A stretch of DNA of 43,626 nt from the NCBI GenBank assembly GCA_045601505.1, contig JAZRZS010000029.1:1-43626 (forward strand), given 5' to 3'. Shown here piece after piece: positions 7,601 to 15,430 of this stretch (its first letter is position 1; each line of letters begins with the position of its first letter). The translations under genes and the position numbers were made by a program. Below the pieces are notes generated by a model. That model saw nothing but the letters and a program-made list of their open reading frames with translations. It ran no database searches and was not told the origin of the DNA. Source of the DNA: Acutalibacteraceae bacterium (lineage in GTDB: Bacteria; Bacillota; Clostridia; Oscillospirales; Acutalibacteraceae).

Positions 7601-9558
7601 CTATGTCGTTGGCTAATATCTTGAAGTCACTTAAGATTTCTGCTCCTCAGGCAGTTGAACTTGAATCACTTTACACTATTGCACGTAAAGTTGCAGGTAC
7701 CGTTGTTGATGCTCTTGAAATAGACGGTCCTAATGCTACATTGGCGGGAGCTAAGGTAGCAGGTGAGTATGGTACATATTCATACGAACTCAAGAAGAGC
7801 GCAGATACTTATGCTAAGATGACATTGAAACTTTTCACAAATGAGAAGGCCATCATTGTTAAGGATAAGAACGGTGTAATTTATATTAATACTGATAACC
7901 TTGCAGAAGCGCTCACAAGCGTTACCGCAGATAGCACAGTATATATTAACAATAAGGTAACTTTGGCTGAGGATGTAATTCTTCCCGCCGTTGCTTTCAA
8001 GTTGGTGAATGCAGATAATATCACATTCGGTGTCAACATGCTGTGGTTCAACAATGTTAACACAGTATTAACCGTTGATAAGGATCTTACTGCTAACATT
8101 ATCACAAACGAAGATGAGTTCTGCTCAAAAGTTGAGTATACAAAGTCTGGCGAGTGGTTTGTATTCCGCCTCGTAGGTGAACAGCATAAGTGGGTAGTAA
8201 TCCCCGCTGTTGCGCCCGGTTGCGAAACTGAAGGTTCTACCGAGGGTATCTGGTGTGAATACTGCCATAAGTATCAGGAAGGCAAGGAACCCCAGCCTGT
8301 TGATCCTATCGGACATAACTATCAGGCTGTAGTTACGCCTCCCACCTGTACAGAGCAGGGTTACACAACATACACCTGTTCAAATTGCGGTGATTCTTAC
8401 GTTACCGATTACACTAACCCCACAAATCACGAGGGTACAACCGAAATCATCCCCGGTAAGAAAGCCACCTGTACTGAAGACGGTTTGACCGACGGTTTGA
8501 TTTGTACCGCATGTAATACCGTAATCACAGAGCAGACTGTTATTGATGCTCACCACACACCTGAGGATTACGAAGTTGCTCCCAATTGTACCGAACCCGG
8601 TATCACAGGTGCAACCAAGTGCTCAGTATGTGATGAGATTCTTGAAGCCGGCACTGTTGTATTCCCGACAGGCCACAGCGCAACCATTATTGAAGGCAAA
8701 CCCGCAACCTGTACTGAAGACGGTCTCACCGCAGGTTCTTACTGTCCTGTTGAAGGATGCGGATATGTTCACGTAGCACAGCAGGTTATTCCGGCTCTCG
8801 GTCATGACATTGTTGAAGACGAGGGCAAGGATGCAAGCTGTACAGAACCCGGTCTTACCGCAGGTTCTTACTGTAAGCGTTGCGGTGAAGTATTTGCTAA
8901 GCAGGAATACATCCCCGTTAAAGACCACACAGTTGTTATTGACCCCGCAGTTGAACCCACAACCGATAAGACAGGTCTTACCGAAGGTTCACACTGCGAT
9001 GTCTGCGGTAAGGTATTAGTTGCCCAGACAGAAAGAGCAAAACTTCCCTTTATTCATATTCCTGAGGTTAAGGTTGACGCTGTTGACGGCACAATTCGTG
9101 GCGCAAAGGTAGATGTTGATAACAAAAATATCTTTATCGACGTTAACCCTGATGGTTTTACAGCAAAAGAATTTGTTGATGTAACCTTCAAGACTGAAAA
9201 TGCAACAGTAGTTGAACAAAGCATTACTAATTACAACGGTGCAGTTGTTCGCGGTGATGATGACCGCATCTGCACAGGCGATATTGTAACTTTAGTGGCT
9301 AAGAATGCTGACGGCGTTGAGGTTATGGTTACATACAACATCATCGTTATGGGAGATGCTAACCGTGACGGTAAAATTAATTCACGTGACCTTGTTCTTA
9401 TGAAGTTGGCGTATGTAGGCGATGTTTCTTTGGAAAATACCAGCTTCTTGGCAGGAGATATGAACTTTGATGGCAAAATTAACTCACGTGATACAGTTGC
9501 TTGTGAAATCAAGTATGTTGTTTGGTCTGAGAATGGGTACATCTCTCAGTTGAAATAA
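1645..9558 (+). CDS. Giant secreted surface protein with C-terminal type I dockerin (2637 aa)
   Basis: ATG 1645 lies 12 nt after AAGAAAGG; the track start at 1633 is a TTG. Signal peptide is KKSFKRVMALLLSVLMVFANLNVFVTA/E. A long Ala/Glu/Lys/Asp-rich helical region is followed by a beta-helix-like segment (NGYTINGNLTAKG...GGGKFTKDAEAYLEDGY), seven Cys-rich repeats and a dockerin. Confidence 0.9.
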   Translation: MRSSKKSFKRVMALLLSVLMVFANLNVFVTAESHQAELFDVTDDGKWRGTTGGLVAQNYELNDYEKAILSCSGLVGSTYAVEIPTDSTTGLVSVDADAETVTANPYAVDGFVWVPTAAVIKYTNTDGTAGTDISVTLKKVGEAYVGNFNKPANSYRVEVTYSLYIPEEASTQELLLNTPYYLVDGYMKLNSAVEGSLAMAVSAINEKIEELRTLYNGIKYEAVVEDKVVYSCVLELADGKAKTAIGNLIADYDKAENGGRLTLAKNFADYTAATSKVQFMLENGGQIKSNIKWFYTQLADINAGSQDLLDLADKIDALATGEGEGSIAEAKKIIATEADTALQNTIIAPAVNMAKDDYNIDIKSLNFKTRKNDAIYKEIDAKRIQFNDVADKLDSTAEMYELLGEIEEAQKFRADAEAVRTTGLGALDKLEATIRAFYTEVDNTIAKMDAMAGTATEKADDIRNIVTGGNGGISLRQVVNTVRDYNTATWAFLGKKLVKDDVTAEEYAELDVAVKAAIDSYGDPLVEQREDFEIKAELLAHETVISAMVDQFAVRVEAKANVVSKGAIGTTSLVSLDVLTAVIPMDKGSDADSILAAITASNVESSALSAWDTYYNINTDKYNRTVTITDADGKIIDELGELKGDINYTISYTPKTFKITETYKADGEKVTEVPYGYSWRLPKPADTTKSYDYEVNGVSYRENTVIRVIEDVEVKRSEGKAIEAKNLAEVVAISFVPGADLSEQERAVLKTNAFVVDSIYFRTPATADKLTEVSATESGYLLEAFPMSAGLTTDSEAEWVPVSAYPVIPGKSGTSFNLVKDGDKYVGEFTCDQLFTSVQVVYELKISVIDEALLNDLANLADGLVKDVEDQESTLDALCTENNFFNNLARVDAKTLGSLGSLVELTPPAKAALKALTENCMDSETGLTKLYEYLKKYMDKDNGGIAYYYKADNAAKIIEQIELVNEYLPTIWNDQPLQDYINDYPEYAGALDRVVSVIDQLKTVELKPVNKYVDTNSAYIDNLIATVKAAKGNTSAHDVSDVVTMQQTVSAAAPGLSSYSVEIQVLNKNNGIVETYKTEEFAAQGNTITVADFEAMFNELLLSIPNSKYYVVNKVLPEKDETLGKNGLNYISTLTPVAYTVKINGYEDQVLYAFDAYTITLPGTGVSGTKYQYSIGGSTVEVFTGALENFSLAITVEQMDSLFGADRELVITRKLVDVNKDNLLSFIGKLNNAFANSGLTFDNNLAIAFIPVEDAEGNLSVVLRINSNVTGLSPASLAAEMMSLITDISYVGINGSPFFGLNSENELKIYLQTVINMLVNSGIGLDTLVEIVDENGDIKEMQLNGSAVNSNNNVIVLDNGSVINAVDALGGKLMESTLQFGVNVNNATSVPFYVTYQDFDTQADVLKLARKGAAQIVPYLNVSGRDGALNITFNAPDSVYAYLISAMLITGQVDIDTIQSYDLAKVIEYQFDLIAPMFENEGVSADSFINTIKQTGFFDAVSERFDIEAHKALMNFLYNSVDHFYDCTSATGSSEGSLYKGTLTYDALDVLLNSKISLGDYSSMIAEKDSEIALPITLRLKNRETNYEALVLDIRADGITNKYSMSRNVADAIKNAKDDAIIIMLSDVRRNITVNNDVFINLNGYTINGNLTAKGRTTIVDSTLATDKCGSITGKLTVDGGSLKIGGGKFTKDAEAYLEDGYYLNNGVVTNGCFKITEEGENLNIYLGTDYLSLDKSAAKVMATDVIFKLLMNYYTCSELVVDNNVLYAVDLKNITESLNNLSGLINKIVECVNCESSTKFATKFMNDVTNFGALANAIDDGTALVTYAVQHAAFNPYVDYVGGEDDFFTFNLSATQEKKRSVISVFLADDVPAPHRNKISSILKELDDVTTFDELEVSIDDVSYNSGFSFEGSAKADVTVDLSRNINYPVIIAAILAADSKGAEKTAYVNAIKTYQTTNSATELMKVIEKTPASKYLSALATTKSMSLANILKSLKISAPQAVELESLYTIARKVAGTVVDALEIDGPNATLAGAKVAGEYGTYSYELKKSADTYAKMTLKLFTNEKAIIVKDKNGVIYINTDNLAEALTSVTADSTVYINNKVTLAEDVILPAVAFKLVNADNITFGVNMLWFNNVNTVLTVDKDLTANIITNEDEFCSKVEYTKSGEWFVFRLVGEQHKWVVIPAVAPGCETEGSTEGIWCEYCHKYQEGKEPQPVDPIGHNYQAVVTPPTCTEQGYTTYTCSNCGDSYVTDYTNPTNHEGTTEIIPGKKATCTEDGLTDGLICTACNTVITEQTVIDAHHTPEDYEVAPNCTEPGITGATKCSVCDEILEAGTVVFPTGHSATIIEGKPATCTEDGLTAGSYCPVEGCGYVHVAQQVIPALGHDIVEDEGKDASCTEPGLTAGSYCKRCGEVFAKQEYIPVKDHTVVIDPAVEPTTDKTGLTEGSHCDVCGKVLVAQTERAKLPFIHIPEVKVDAVDGTIRGAKVDVDNKNIFIDVNPDGFTAKEFVDVTFKTENATVVEQSITNYNGAVVRGDDDRICTGDIVTLVAKNADGVEVMVTYNIIVMGDANRDGKINSRDLVLMKLAYVGDVSLENTSFLAGDMNFDGKINSRDTVACEIKYVVWSENGYISQLK
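8221..9030 (+). repeat. Seven tandem Cys-rich repeats (coding) in the giant protein
   Basis: The repeats are CETEGSTEGIWCEYC, CTEQGYTTYTCSNC, CTEDGLTDGLICTAC, CTEPGITGATKCSVC, CTEDGLTAGSYCPVEGC, CTEPGLTAGSYCKRC and TDKTGLTEGSHCDVC. Most are preceded by a conserved His (GHN/NHE/HHT/GHS/GHD/DHT). The pattern suggests small metal- or disulfide-stabilised modules. Confidence 0.8.
9352..9519 (+). other. Type I dockerin module (coding)
   Basis: Duplicated EF-hand-like loops GDANRDGKINSRDLVLMK and GDMNFDGKINSRDTVACE. The DNA also repeats: GGTAAAATTAATTCACGTGA and GGCAAAATTAACTCACGTGA. Confidence 0.85.
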
Positions 9559-9583
9559 TCGTTGAATAATAGGAGAAACAGCA

Positions 9584-10780
9584 ATGAATATTTGTAAGAA
9601 ATTATTTTCCGTAATTCTCATTGCAGTTATGCTTTTATGTTATCTTAATGTGGGCTTGGCGGTTAATGCCGCCTCGCCCGCAAGCCAGACCATAGAGGTA
9701 ACTGCAGGCGAGTCTAAAACAATTAGTATGACTGAGATTTCTTGTTACGGTATTGACGGTGACATTTCATACAGTAACCGTAATCTCTTTGCTTCTGTAA
9801 CCCCCGGTAGTTCTGCATACGGTCAGATAAGAGAGAAAAAGTTCATTCTCAGTTCTGCTGATAAATTCGAACCTACTGTTAGTTTAACGGTAAAGGTAAG
9901 CGATACTGCCACTGTTGGCAGCACCTGCGTTATAACCTTTAATTATATTCGTACAGATACAGTTGAAAACGGTATCCCTGATGGTCCTGATAATCTTTCA
10001 AAGACCATCACAGTTAAGGTAATTGAGAAAAAAGATACCACATCTTCAACCCCTTCGCCTCCCTCTTCTACTCCTTCTACTCCTTCCCCAACACCTTCGA
10101 ATCCTTCTTCAAATCCCGCTACTCCTTCTCCCAACAAACCTACAGGTACAACCCCGAGCAATCTTAACTTAACTGAACTTAACAAGCAGATTGGTATTGC
10201 TCAGGCGTTAAAAAGAAGCGACTATACCGCTGATTCCTGGAATAAGTTGGCTAAGGCTTTGAATGCTGCTATTGCTGCTCGCAATGCAAGTACACAGGCA
10301 GGTGTTGATAAGGCTGCTACTAACCTTAAAAATGCTATTGCAGGCTTGGTTCGCGTTGATACATCTGCATTACAGGAATTGCTCAATAAAATCAAGGAAT
10401 TCCTTGCAAATGAGGATATTGGTGAAGCAAGGGATGCGTTGCTCAATACAATTAATGAAGCAGAAGCGGCTTTGGCGAGTGGAGATCAGGATAGAATCAA
10501 CGCGGCGTACACTGCTCTTCTTGAAGCATTTGATACATATAAGGCTAAACTCGAAGAAATCGCTAAAAACAGTCTCGTTGAGATTGAAAAACCCATTGAG
10601 GTTGACCCCGAAGGTCCTTTATGTAACATCTGGTTACATAAACTTTGGTTGATTTTACTCATTGTTAGCGTTATTATCAATATCGCATTTGGTGTTCTCA
10701 CTGCGCTTTATTTCATCCGTCGCAAGAAGAAGTTCACCGATGATATGCCTTTGGTAGAATACAATATCAATGACGATTAA
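9584..10780 (+). CDS. Membrane-anchored surface protein: signal peptide, beta-sandwich-like domain, Pro/Ser/Thr linker, FIVAR domain, helical region, C-terminal TM anchor
   Basis: RBS is TAGGAGAAA. Signal peptide ends LNVGLAVNA/A. The PT linker is TSSTPSPPSSTPSTPSPTPSNPSSNPATPSPNKP. The FIVAR signature is YTADSWNKLAKALNAAIAARNASTQAGVDKAATNLKNAIAGL. The C-terminal TM is LWLILLIVSVIINIAFGVLTALYFI followed by RRKKK. Confidence 0.85.
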   Translation: MNICKKLFSVILIAVMLLCYLNVGLAVNAASPASQTIEVTAGESKTISMTEISCYGIDGDISYSNRNLFASVTPGSSAYGQIREKKFILSSADKFEPTVSLTVKVSDTATVGSTCVITFNYIRTDTVENGIPDGPDNLSKTITVKVIEKKDTTSSTPSPPSSTPSTPSPTPSNPSSNPATPSPNKPTGTTPSNLNLTELNKQIGIAQALKRSDYTADSWNKLAKALNAAIAARNASTQAGVDKAATNLKNAIAGLVRVDTSALQELLNKIKEFLANEDIGEARDALLNTINEAEAALASGDQDRINAAYTALLEAFDTYKAKLEEIAKNSLVEIEKPIEVDPEGPLCNIWLHKLWLILLIVSVIINIAFGVLTALYFIRRKKKFTDDMPLVEYNINDD

Positions 10781-10801
10781 TGGTTGATTGAGGGATGTTA
10801 A

Positions 10802-12253
10802 GTGAACCAATTAAATGATAAACGCAAAAGTTATGACACATGGGAAGAGGCCTTTAAAGGCCTCGCTCCCGTTGTTCGTCAACAGTCGGTCAGAATAGCG
10901 GCATACACACAGGCACTCTATGTTCAAGCCTGTGAAAGCGGTTTCGGTGCAAAGTTTGCAGGCGGTGCCGAGCGTATGCAGTCTTCTTATGCCAACCTGG
11001 CCTTTAAGTGCGGTATGTATCATCAGTTGGGTAAGGCGCTTGTCCCTCATGAGTATCAAATCCTTGAGGTTGGCTTTTCAGATGAGGAAACAGCCCTTTA
11101 CCGTAAGTATACAACCGAGGGCCGTCGCCTTGTTGCCGAACTTCAGGAAAAGGGTTCGGGCAATAAAAATAAGAATGTTCAGGGCGAACCTTTCACCGAT
11201 AAAATACCATGGCTTATGATTCGTGAGAGTTGTCAGCAGCATATGGAAAGGTATGATGGCACAGGATACCCTGACGGACGTGCAGATAAGGCAATCAGCC
11301 CTATTGCTCAGATAGTGGGCATGGCAAAGATGTTTGATCATCTTTCTGCAGAAATAAAATCGGAAAATCCGTTTTCTGAAGCCTGCGAATCCATACTTGA
11401 TGAGAGCGGAAAGGCTTTTTCGCCTGAACTTTGTGAGGTCTTTAAGACCGCTAAAAGTAAGATACACAATATATATAATAAATATATTCATTACACAATG
11501 AAGTTGCCGCGCACGATTCCTCTTGTTAAAAAAGCAAAGGGAAGACCTATGGGTCTTGCTTACCGCTCTTTGACAGGCGGCGATTTCACCACAGTTGCTT
11601 ACGAGGCTATCCCATGGTTTAAAACCAAGGAAGGAGAGAGGGCAGACATTGCCGAAATAGGACCGCGTCTTGCAAGGACGGGACTTACTGTGGATATGAC
11701 CTTCTATCTTCTTTATGAAGCGGCGGATACACTGCTTCGTATTCAAAACTGTGAACTTGATTTAAAGTATTTGTTAGTAAATATGTTGCCCGAGTTTTAC
11801 AGTAGGCAAAGTTACTTAAAGCGTTTTGAGGAACTGTTCTCAAATCAGCCGGTAGATCGTTCCCGTCTGTTGCTCACAATTCCCGAAAAGTTTGTGCTTG
11901 GCGCAAACAAAGGCGAAACCGAGATAATTTGCCGTTACCTTAAAAACGGAATTGCTTTGGTGCTTGACGATTATCATCCCGAATCCATATCTCCTGCAAA
12001 ACTTAAAGAGTTGGGCTTTTCTCATGTGCGTTTATCACCTGAGACAAGCGCTAAACCGCTGTATGCTTCTGATGTAAGGGCGCTTATGGACCGTAATATC
12101 ACGGTGTTTGCCTCCTGTGCAGAACACCAGCACCTTAAATGGCTTGCCGAAAGCGGCGTTTACGGCGTAAGCAGTCAACTTAACGGAGAAACTGTGGATG
12201 AGGATACCGTTATTCGTGACACCTTGTTGCGAGAGCGAGGCACTACGGTATGA
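10802..12253 (+). CDS. Degenerate HD-GYP domain + degenerate EAL-like domain protein (putative c-di-GMP sensor)
   Basis: GTG start lies 6 nt after GAGGGA. HD-GYP boxes are HQLGK (the HD box has become HQ) and HMERYDGTGYPDG (HHE has become HME). The EAL-like half has AYEAIPW (EAL-R changed to EAI-P), LLLTIPE (in place of EitE), LDDYHPE (in place of DDFGTG) and RLS (in place of KiD). Confidence 0.75.
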   Translation: MNQLNDKRKSYDTWEEAFKGLAPVVRQQSVRIAAYTQALYVQACESGFGAKFAGGAERMQSSYANLAFKCGMYHQLGKALVPHEYQILEVGFSDEETALYRKYTTEGRRLVAELQEKGSGNKNKNVQGEPFTDKIPWLMIRESCQQHMERYDGTGYPDGRADKAISPIAQIVGMAKMFDHLSAEIKSENPFSEACESILDESGKAFSPELCEVFKTAKSKIHNIYNKYIHYTMKLPRTIPLVKKAKGRPMGLAYRSLTGGDFTTVAYEAIPWFKTKEGERADIAEIGPRLARTGLTVDMTFYLLYEAADTLLRIQNCELDLKYLLVNMLPEFYSRQSYLKRFEELFSNQPVDRSRLLLTIPEKFVLGANKGETEIICRYLKNGIALVLDDYHPESISPAKLKELGFSHVRLSPETSAKPLYASDVRALMDRNITVFASCAEHQHLKWLAESGVYGVSSQLNGETVDEDTVIRDTLLRERGTTV

Positions 12254-13248
12254 GTATGGACAACTACCGTGAAAATGATAAACAGCGAAGGCTGATAAAT
12301 AAAAAGCGCGCGGGAATTGTACTTACCGAAACCGAGGTAAAGGAAATTATTGAAGGCCGCAAAAAATTGCGTGCTGATATGAAGGCGCAGGGTGCTTACA
12401 CTAAACGTGAGTTTGAACTTACAGCATCAAGCCTTGGCTTTTATTTCGACAAGGGCCGATTTTTAGGTCTTTGGCTTTGGTTATGGCATAAGGGCGTTAT
12501 TTGGGGCGTTCTCGGTGCGGCGATTGCAACATTGCTTGCGATGTATGGATTTTCCATTGTTACCGAAATGAGAGGACACTTCACAATAAACTTGGCAGAT
12601 GAATTAGTTAACCAAGGTTTTGAACTTAGCAATACTGCGGATTTCGCAAACCCAACTGCCAGAATATACGGCACACCTGTTGAGGATGCTCCGTGTATTT
12701 CAATTGCGGATTTGCCTGATAATCTTGATGCGATTGACGGTTCGCATAACGGACGAAACTATTTCGCGCATACCTTTTATCTTTCAAAACGCGGTGAAGG
12801 CACGGTGGATTACGCTTTCGAATTATCCGTTAATTCTGAAAGTCTTAACGCTTCAGATGCTATTTGGGTTATGCTTTTTGAGGATTCGGTTCCCACAATA
12901 TTTGCTAAAGCAAACAAAGAAACTGGCGAAGCAGAATGTCTTCCTGCAAAGGATAATGACCGTGTAGGTTATGTTAAGATTCCCTTTGCTGAGGACGGGC
13001 TTGGCTCTGAACAGTTTGAGGTTGTCCGTGAAACACCAACCAGAAAATACTTTCGTCTCATACCGAAGAGATTTAAAGACAGTAAAGTTGTGACCGATAG
13101 TATTGTGGCAGATGTTGCACAGGACGAAGTACATAAATATACCGTTGTTATCTGGCTTGAGGGTGATGATCCTGATTGTACAGATGACATTATAGGCGGT
13201 CATATCGGTATGCAGATGGATTTTGAACTTCTGGATATCAGCGAATAA
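12250..13248 (+). CDS. Family member 'D': bitopic membrane protein with a ~75-aa cytoplasmic N-terminus, a TM helix and the extracellular core of the unnamed WLEGxDxDC family
   Basis: Its ATG overlaps the stop of the upstream gene (ATGA at 12250-12253). TM is VIWGVLGAAIATLLAMYGFSIV, followed by TEMRGHFTINL. The C-terminal motif is VVIWLEGDDPDCTDD...GMQMDFEL. Confidence 0.8.
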   Translation: MSMDNYRENDKQRRLINKKRAGIVLTETEVKEIIEGRKKLRADMKAQGAYTKREFELTASSLGFYFDKGRFLGLWLWLWHKGVIWGVLGAAIATLLAMYGFSIVTEMRGHFTINLADELVNQGFELSNTADFANPTARIYGTPVEDAPCISIADLPDNLDAIDGSHNGRNYFAHTFYLSKRGEGTVDYAFELSVNSESLNASDAIWVMLFEDSVPTIFAKANKETGEAECLPAKDNDRVGYVKIPFAEDGLGSEQFEVVRETPTRKYFRLIPKRFKDSKVVTDSIVADVAQDEVHKYTVVIWLEGDDPDCTDDIIGGHIGMQMDFELLDISE

Positions 13249-13265
13249 TTTAAATTCGGTTTTCA

Positions 13266-13298
13266 ATTTGCTTTGTGACTCTAACCCACAAAGCAAAT
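13266..13298 (+). other. Perfect 12-bp stem-loop between genes D and E
   Basis: ATTTGCTTTGTG (13266-13277) pairs with CACAAAGCAAAT (13287-13298) around a 9-nt loop. There is no T-run, so it may be an mRNA processing or stability element rather than a terminator. Confidence 0.45.
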
Positions 13299-13362
13299 CA
13301 GAATATAATTTCTCCGACGGGAGATAAAGACGTAATTTTTTAAAAAAGTGAGGTAAATTGTG

Positions 13363-15402
13363 ATGAACAAACAACAGATGAATGAAATGTCTTCCCTTCG
13401 CAATAAGCTGTTTGCTGCGGTTGCAATGCTTTTAGTGGCTTGTATCATGGCGGTATCGTCCACTTATGCATGGTTCACATTGTCAACAGCTCCCGAAATT
13501 AAGGGAATCACAACCACCGTTGGTGCCAACGGTAACCTTGAAATTGCATTAGGTACTTGGGATACCGTTTACGGTGTTGCAACTCCCGGTTCTGCTGAAG
13601 GCGATTCAATGGATAAGGATGGCCAGTTAGTTACTGCTGCCAATATTACCTGGGGTAACCTTATCGATCTTATGGATGAGTCCTACGGGTTAGGCGCTAT
13701 TAAGCTTTATCCTTCACGCCTTAATGCTACGAAGGCTGACGGCGCTTTGGGTATCTTAACACAGGCATTCTCACCCTTGGCATTCCCAAAATATGGTACA
13801 GACGGTCGTATTACTGAATTGGATAGAAACACTATGATCGGTAAGTACAACCAGACTGCTGGAGGCTTTATGGCTTTGGGTACTCCTAACTATGCAGGTG
13901 TAAATGCTATCGGTTCTGCTTCTTCTATGACAGAGCGTGAATTTGCAGTTCGTAATAACAAGAACGCTATCGAAAGCAACAGAGTTAAGGCTAAGGCTGA
14001 GGCACAGGGCGCAATTAACCTTTACTCAGGTGACCTTGCTGCTATTGCAATCGATAACATGAGCAGTGGTGACGATGCAGTTATTTCTGCTGATGATGTT
14101 GCAGTTCTTAAAAATTTGATTGTTAAGCTTGAAGCTTCTAACGCTGCAATCGGCGATTCTATCAAGTCGGCCATTATGCTTTTCTTAGCAAGCAGCAGCA
14201 GCACTCTTACTGATACTGCTTGGAAAGATGCTGTTTCTGTTCTTTCCAGCAAATCTCTTGAAGAAACTGTAGCCCATTTGCAGTCTCTTACAGGTCTTGC
14301 AACTCTTCCCACCGCTGTAAGTGATCTCGTTGGCAAGTATACTTCAATTAAATCAGATCTTGCTGCTGCAAAGGCTGTATTACCCGAAAGCGGCGATACC
14401 ACTTGGGGCGTAGTTGGCGATGCAGTTGGTACATTGCTTAACGCAAGCGGCATCTTAATCTGCAACGAAACTATTGCTGACATCAAAAATACTAAGGATA
14501 GTCCTGAGGCTGACACTGCATTCAAGAGAGTTACTGCTGCTGTTCTTAGCGGCGGTCTTGAATTCCAGTTCAAGTCTGATAGTGGTATCTTTGCTGATAT
14601 CGCTGAAATGACTGGTGAATACGGTGCTACCATCAACTTCCCTGAAGGTCTTGAAGTTGAAGGAATTCCGCTTGGCGGTCTTAAGAAGCCTGTTACCGTT
14701 GAAAGCGGTAGCCTTAACACCGCAACCGGTGAATTGGGTCTTATGAAGCAGGGTGTTGACGGTTTGGCAGCTCCCGGTGCCGACCCCAATGCTGAAAAGG
14801 CTCTTACCGATACATACGGTTACACAATTGATATGCTCTTCCGTACAAACGCAAGTGATTCATATCTTCAGTTGCAGACTGCTGCAGCAAACCGCATCTA
14901 TGCAGGTAATAACAACGAAGCTATCATGGGCGGCGGCAGCAATATGACCTTTACTATTGAAGGCGAATACACTAAGGCTAAGATCGATGGCATTGCTGCC
15001 GGTATCCGTGTTGTATTCTATGAAACAACCGAGGCAGCAGGCGGCGCAGCAACCATTTTAGGTGTTGCTACATTAGATACCGATAACGGTGTTGTTTCGA
15101 GTAACAACTATATGCTCGACCTTAATCTTATGGATTATTCAATCACCAACGGCATTATGCAAATTGGCGATGTTATGGTTGATGATACAGATACTGTTGC
15201 TAACGAAGCAGTAGCACTCAAGGCTTTGTCTGCTAATACTATAACAAAGGTTACCGCTCTTGTATATCTTGACGGCGATGTTATTGATAACGGTGATATC
15301 GGTGTTGCAGGATTACTTAACGGTAAACTCAATCTCCAGTTCTCTTCAAGCGCTACATTAACTCCTATGAACAATAACAGTTTAATGAACGCTGCCAACT
15401 AA
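13363..15402 (+). CDS. Family member 'E' (679 aa): SipW-type signal peptide protein, long form with a helical insert
   Basis: ATG 13363 lies 8 nt after AGTGAGGT. Signal is LRNKLFAAVAMLLVACIMAVSSTYA/WFTLSTAPEIKGITTTVGANGNLEIALG. Shared motifs are YGTDGRI, GYTIDMLFRTNASDSYLQLQ and ALVYLDGDVIDNGD...GKLNLQFSS. Confidence 0.85.
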   Translation: MNKQQMNEMSSLRNKLFAAVAMLLVACIMAVSSTYAWFTLSTAPEIKGITTTVGANGNLEIALGTWDTVYGVATPGSAEGDSMDKDGQLVTAANITWGNLIDLMDESYGLGAIKLYPSRLNATKADGALGILTQAFSPLAFPKYGTDGRITELDRNTMIGKYNQTAGGFMALGTPNYAGVNAIGSASSMTEREFAVRNNKNAIESNRVKAKAEAQGAINLYSGDLAAIAIDNMSSGDDAVISADDVAVLKNLIVKLEASNAAIGDSIKSAIMLFLASSSSTLTDTAWKDAVSVLSSKSLEETVAHLQSLTGLATLPTAVSDLVGKYTSIKSDLAAAKAVLPESGDTTWGVVGDAVGTLLNASGILICNETIADIKNTKDSPEADTAFKRVTAAVLSGGLEFQFKSDSGIFADIAEMTGEYGATINFPEGLEVEGIPLGGLKKPVTVESGSLNTATGELGLMKQGVDGLAAPGADPNAEKALTDTYGYTIDMLFRTNASDSYLQLQTAAANRIYAGNNNEAIMGGGSNMTFTIEGEYTKAKIDGIAAGIRVVFYETTEAAGGAATILGVATLDTDNGVVSSNNYMLDLNLMDYSITNGIMQIGDVMVDDTDTVANEAVALKALSANTITKVTALVYLDGDVIDNGDIGVAGLLNGKLNLQFSSSATLTPMNNNSLMNAAN

Positions 15403-15430
15403 TTATTATCAGTTTTCAGGTTAATACTGT

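Noticed and set aside
14022-14789. 255-aa antisense ORF inside gene E. Similar shadow ORFs occur at 5157-5507, 11078-11746, 12853-13374, 16996-17517, 22499-23074, 26593-27000 and elsewhere.
   Set aside because: All lie entirely within, and antisense or out of frame to, long ORFs with clear motifs. They have low-complexity Ser/Pro/Ala-rich or odd composition and no RBS. They are typical shadow ORFs.
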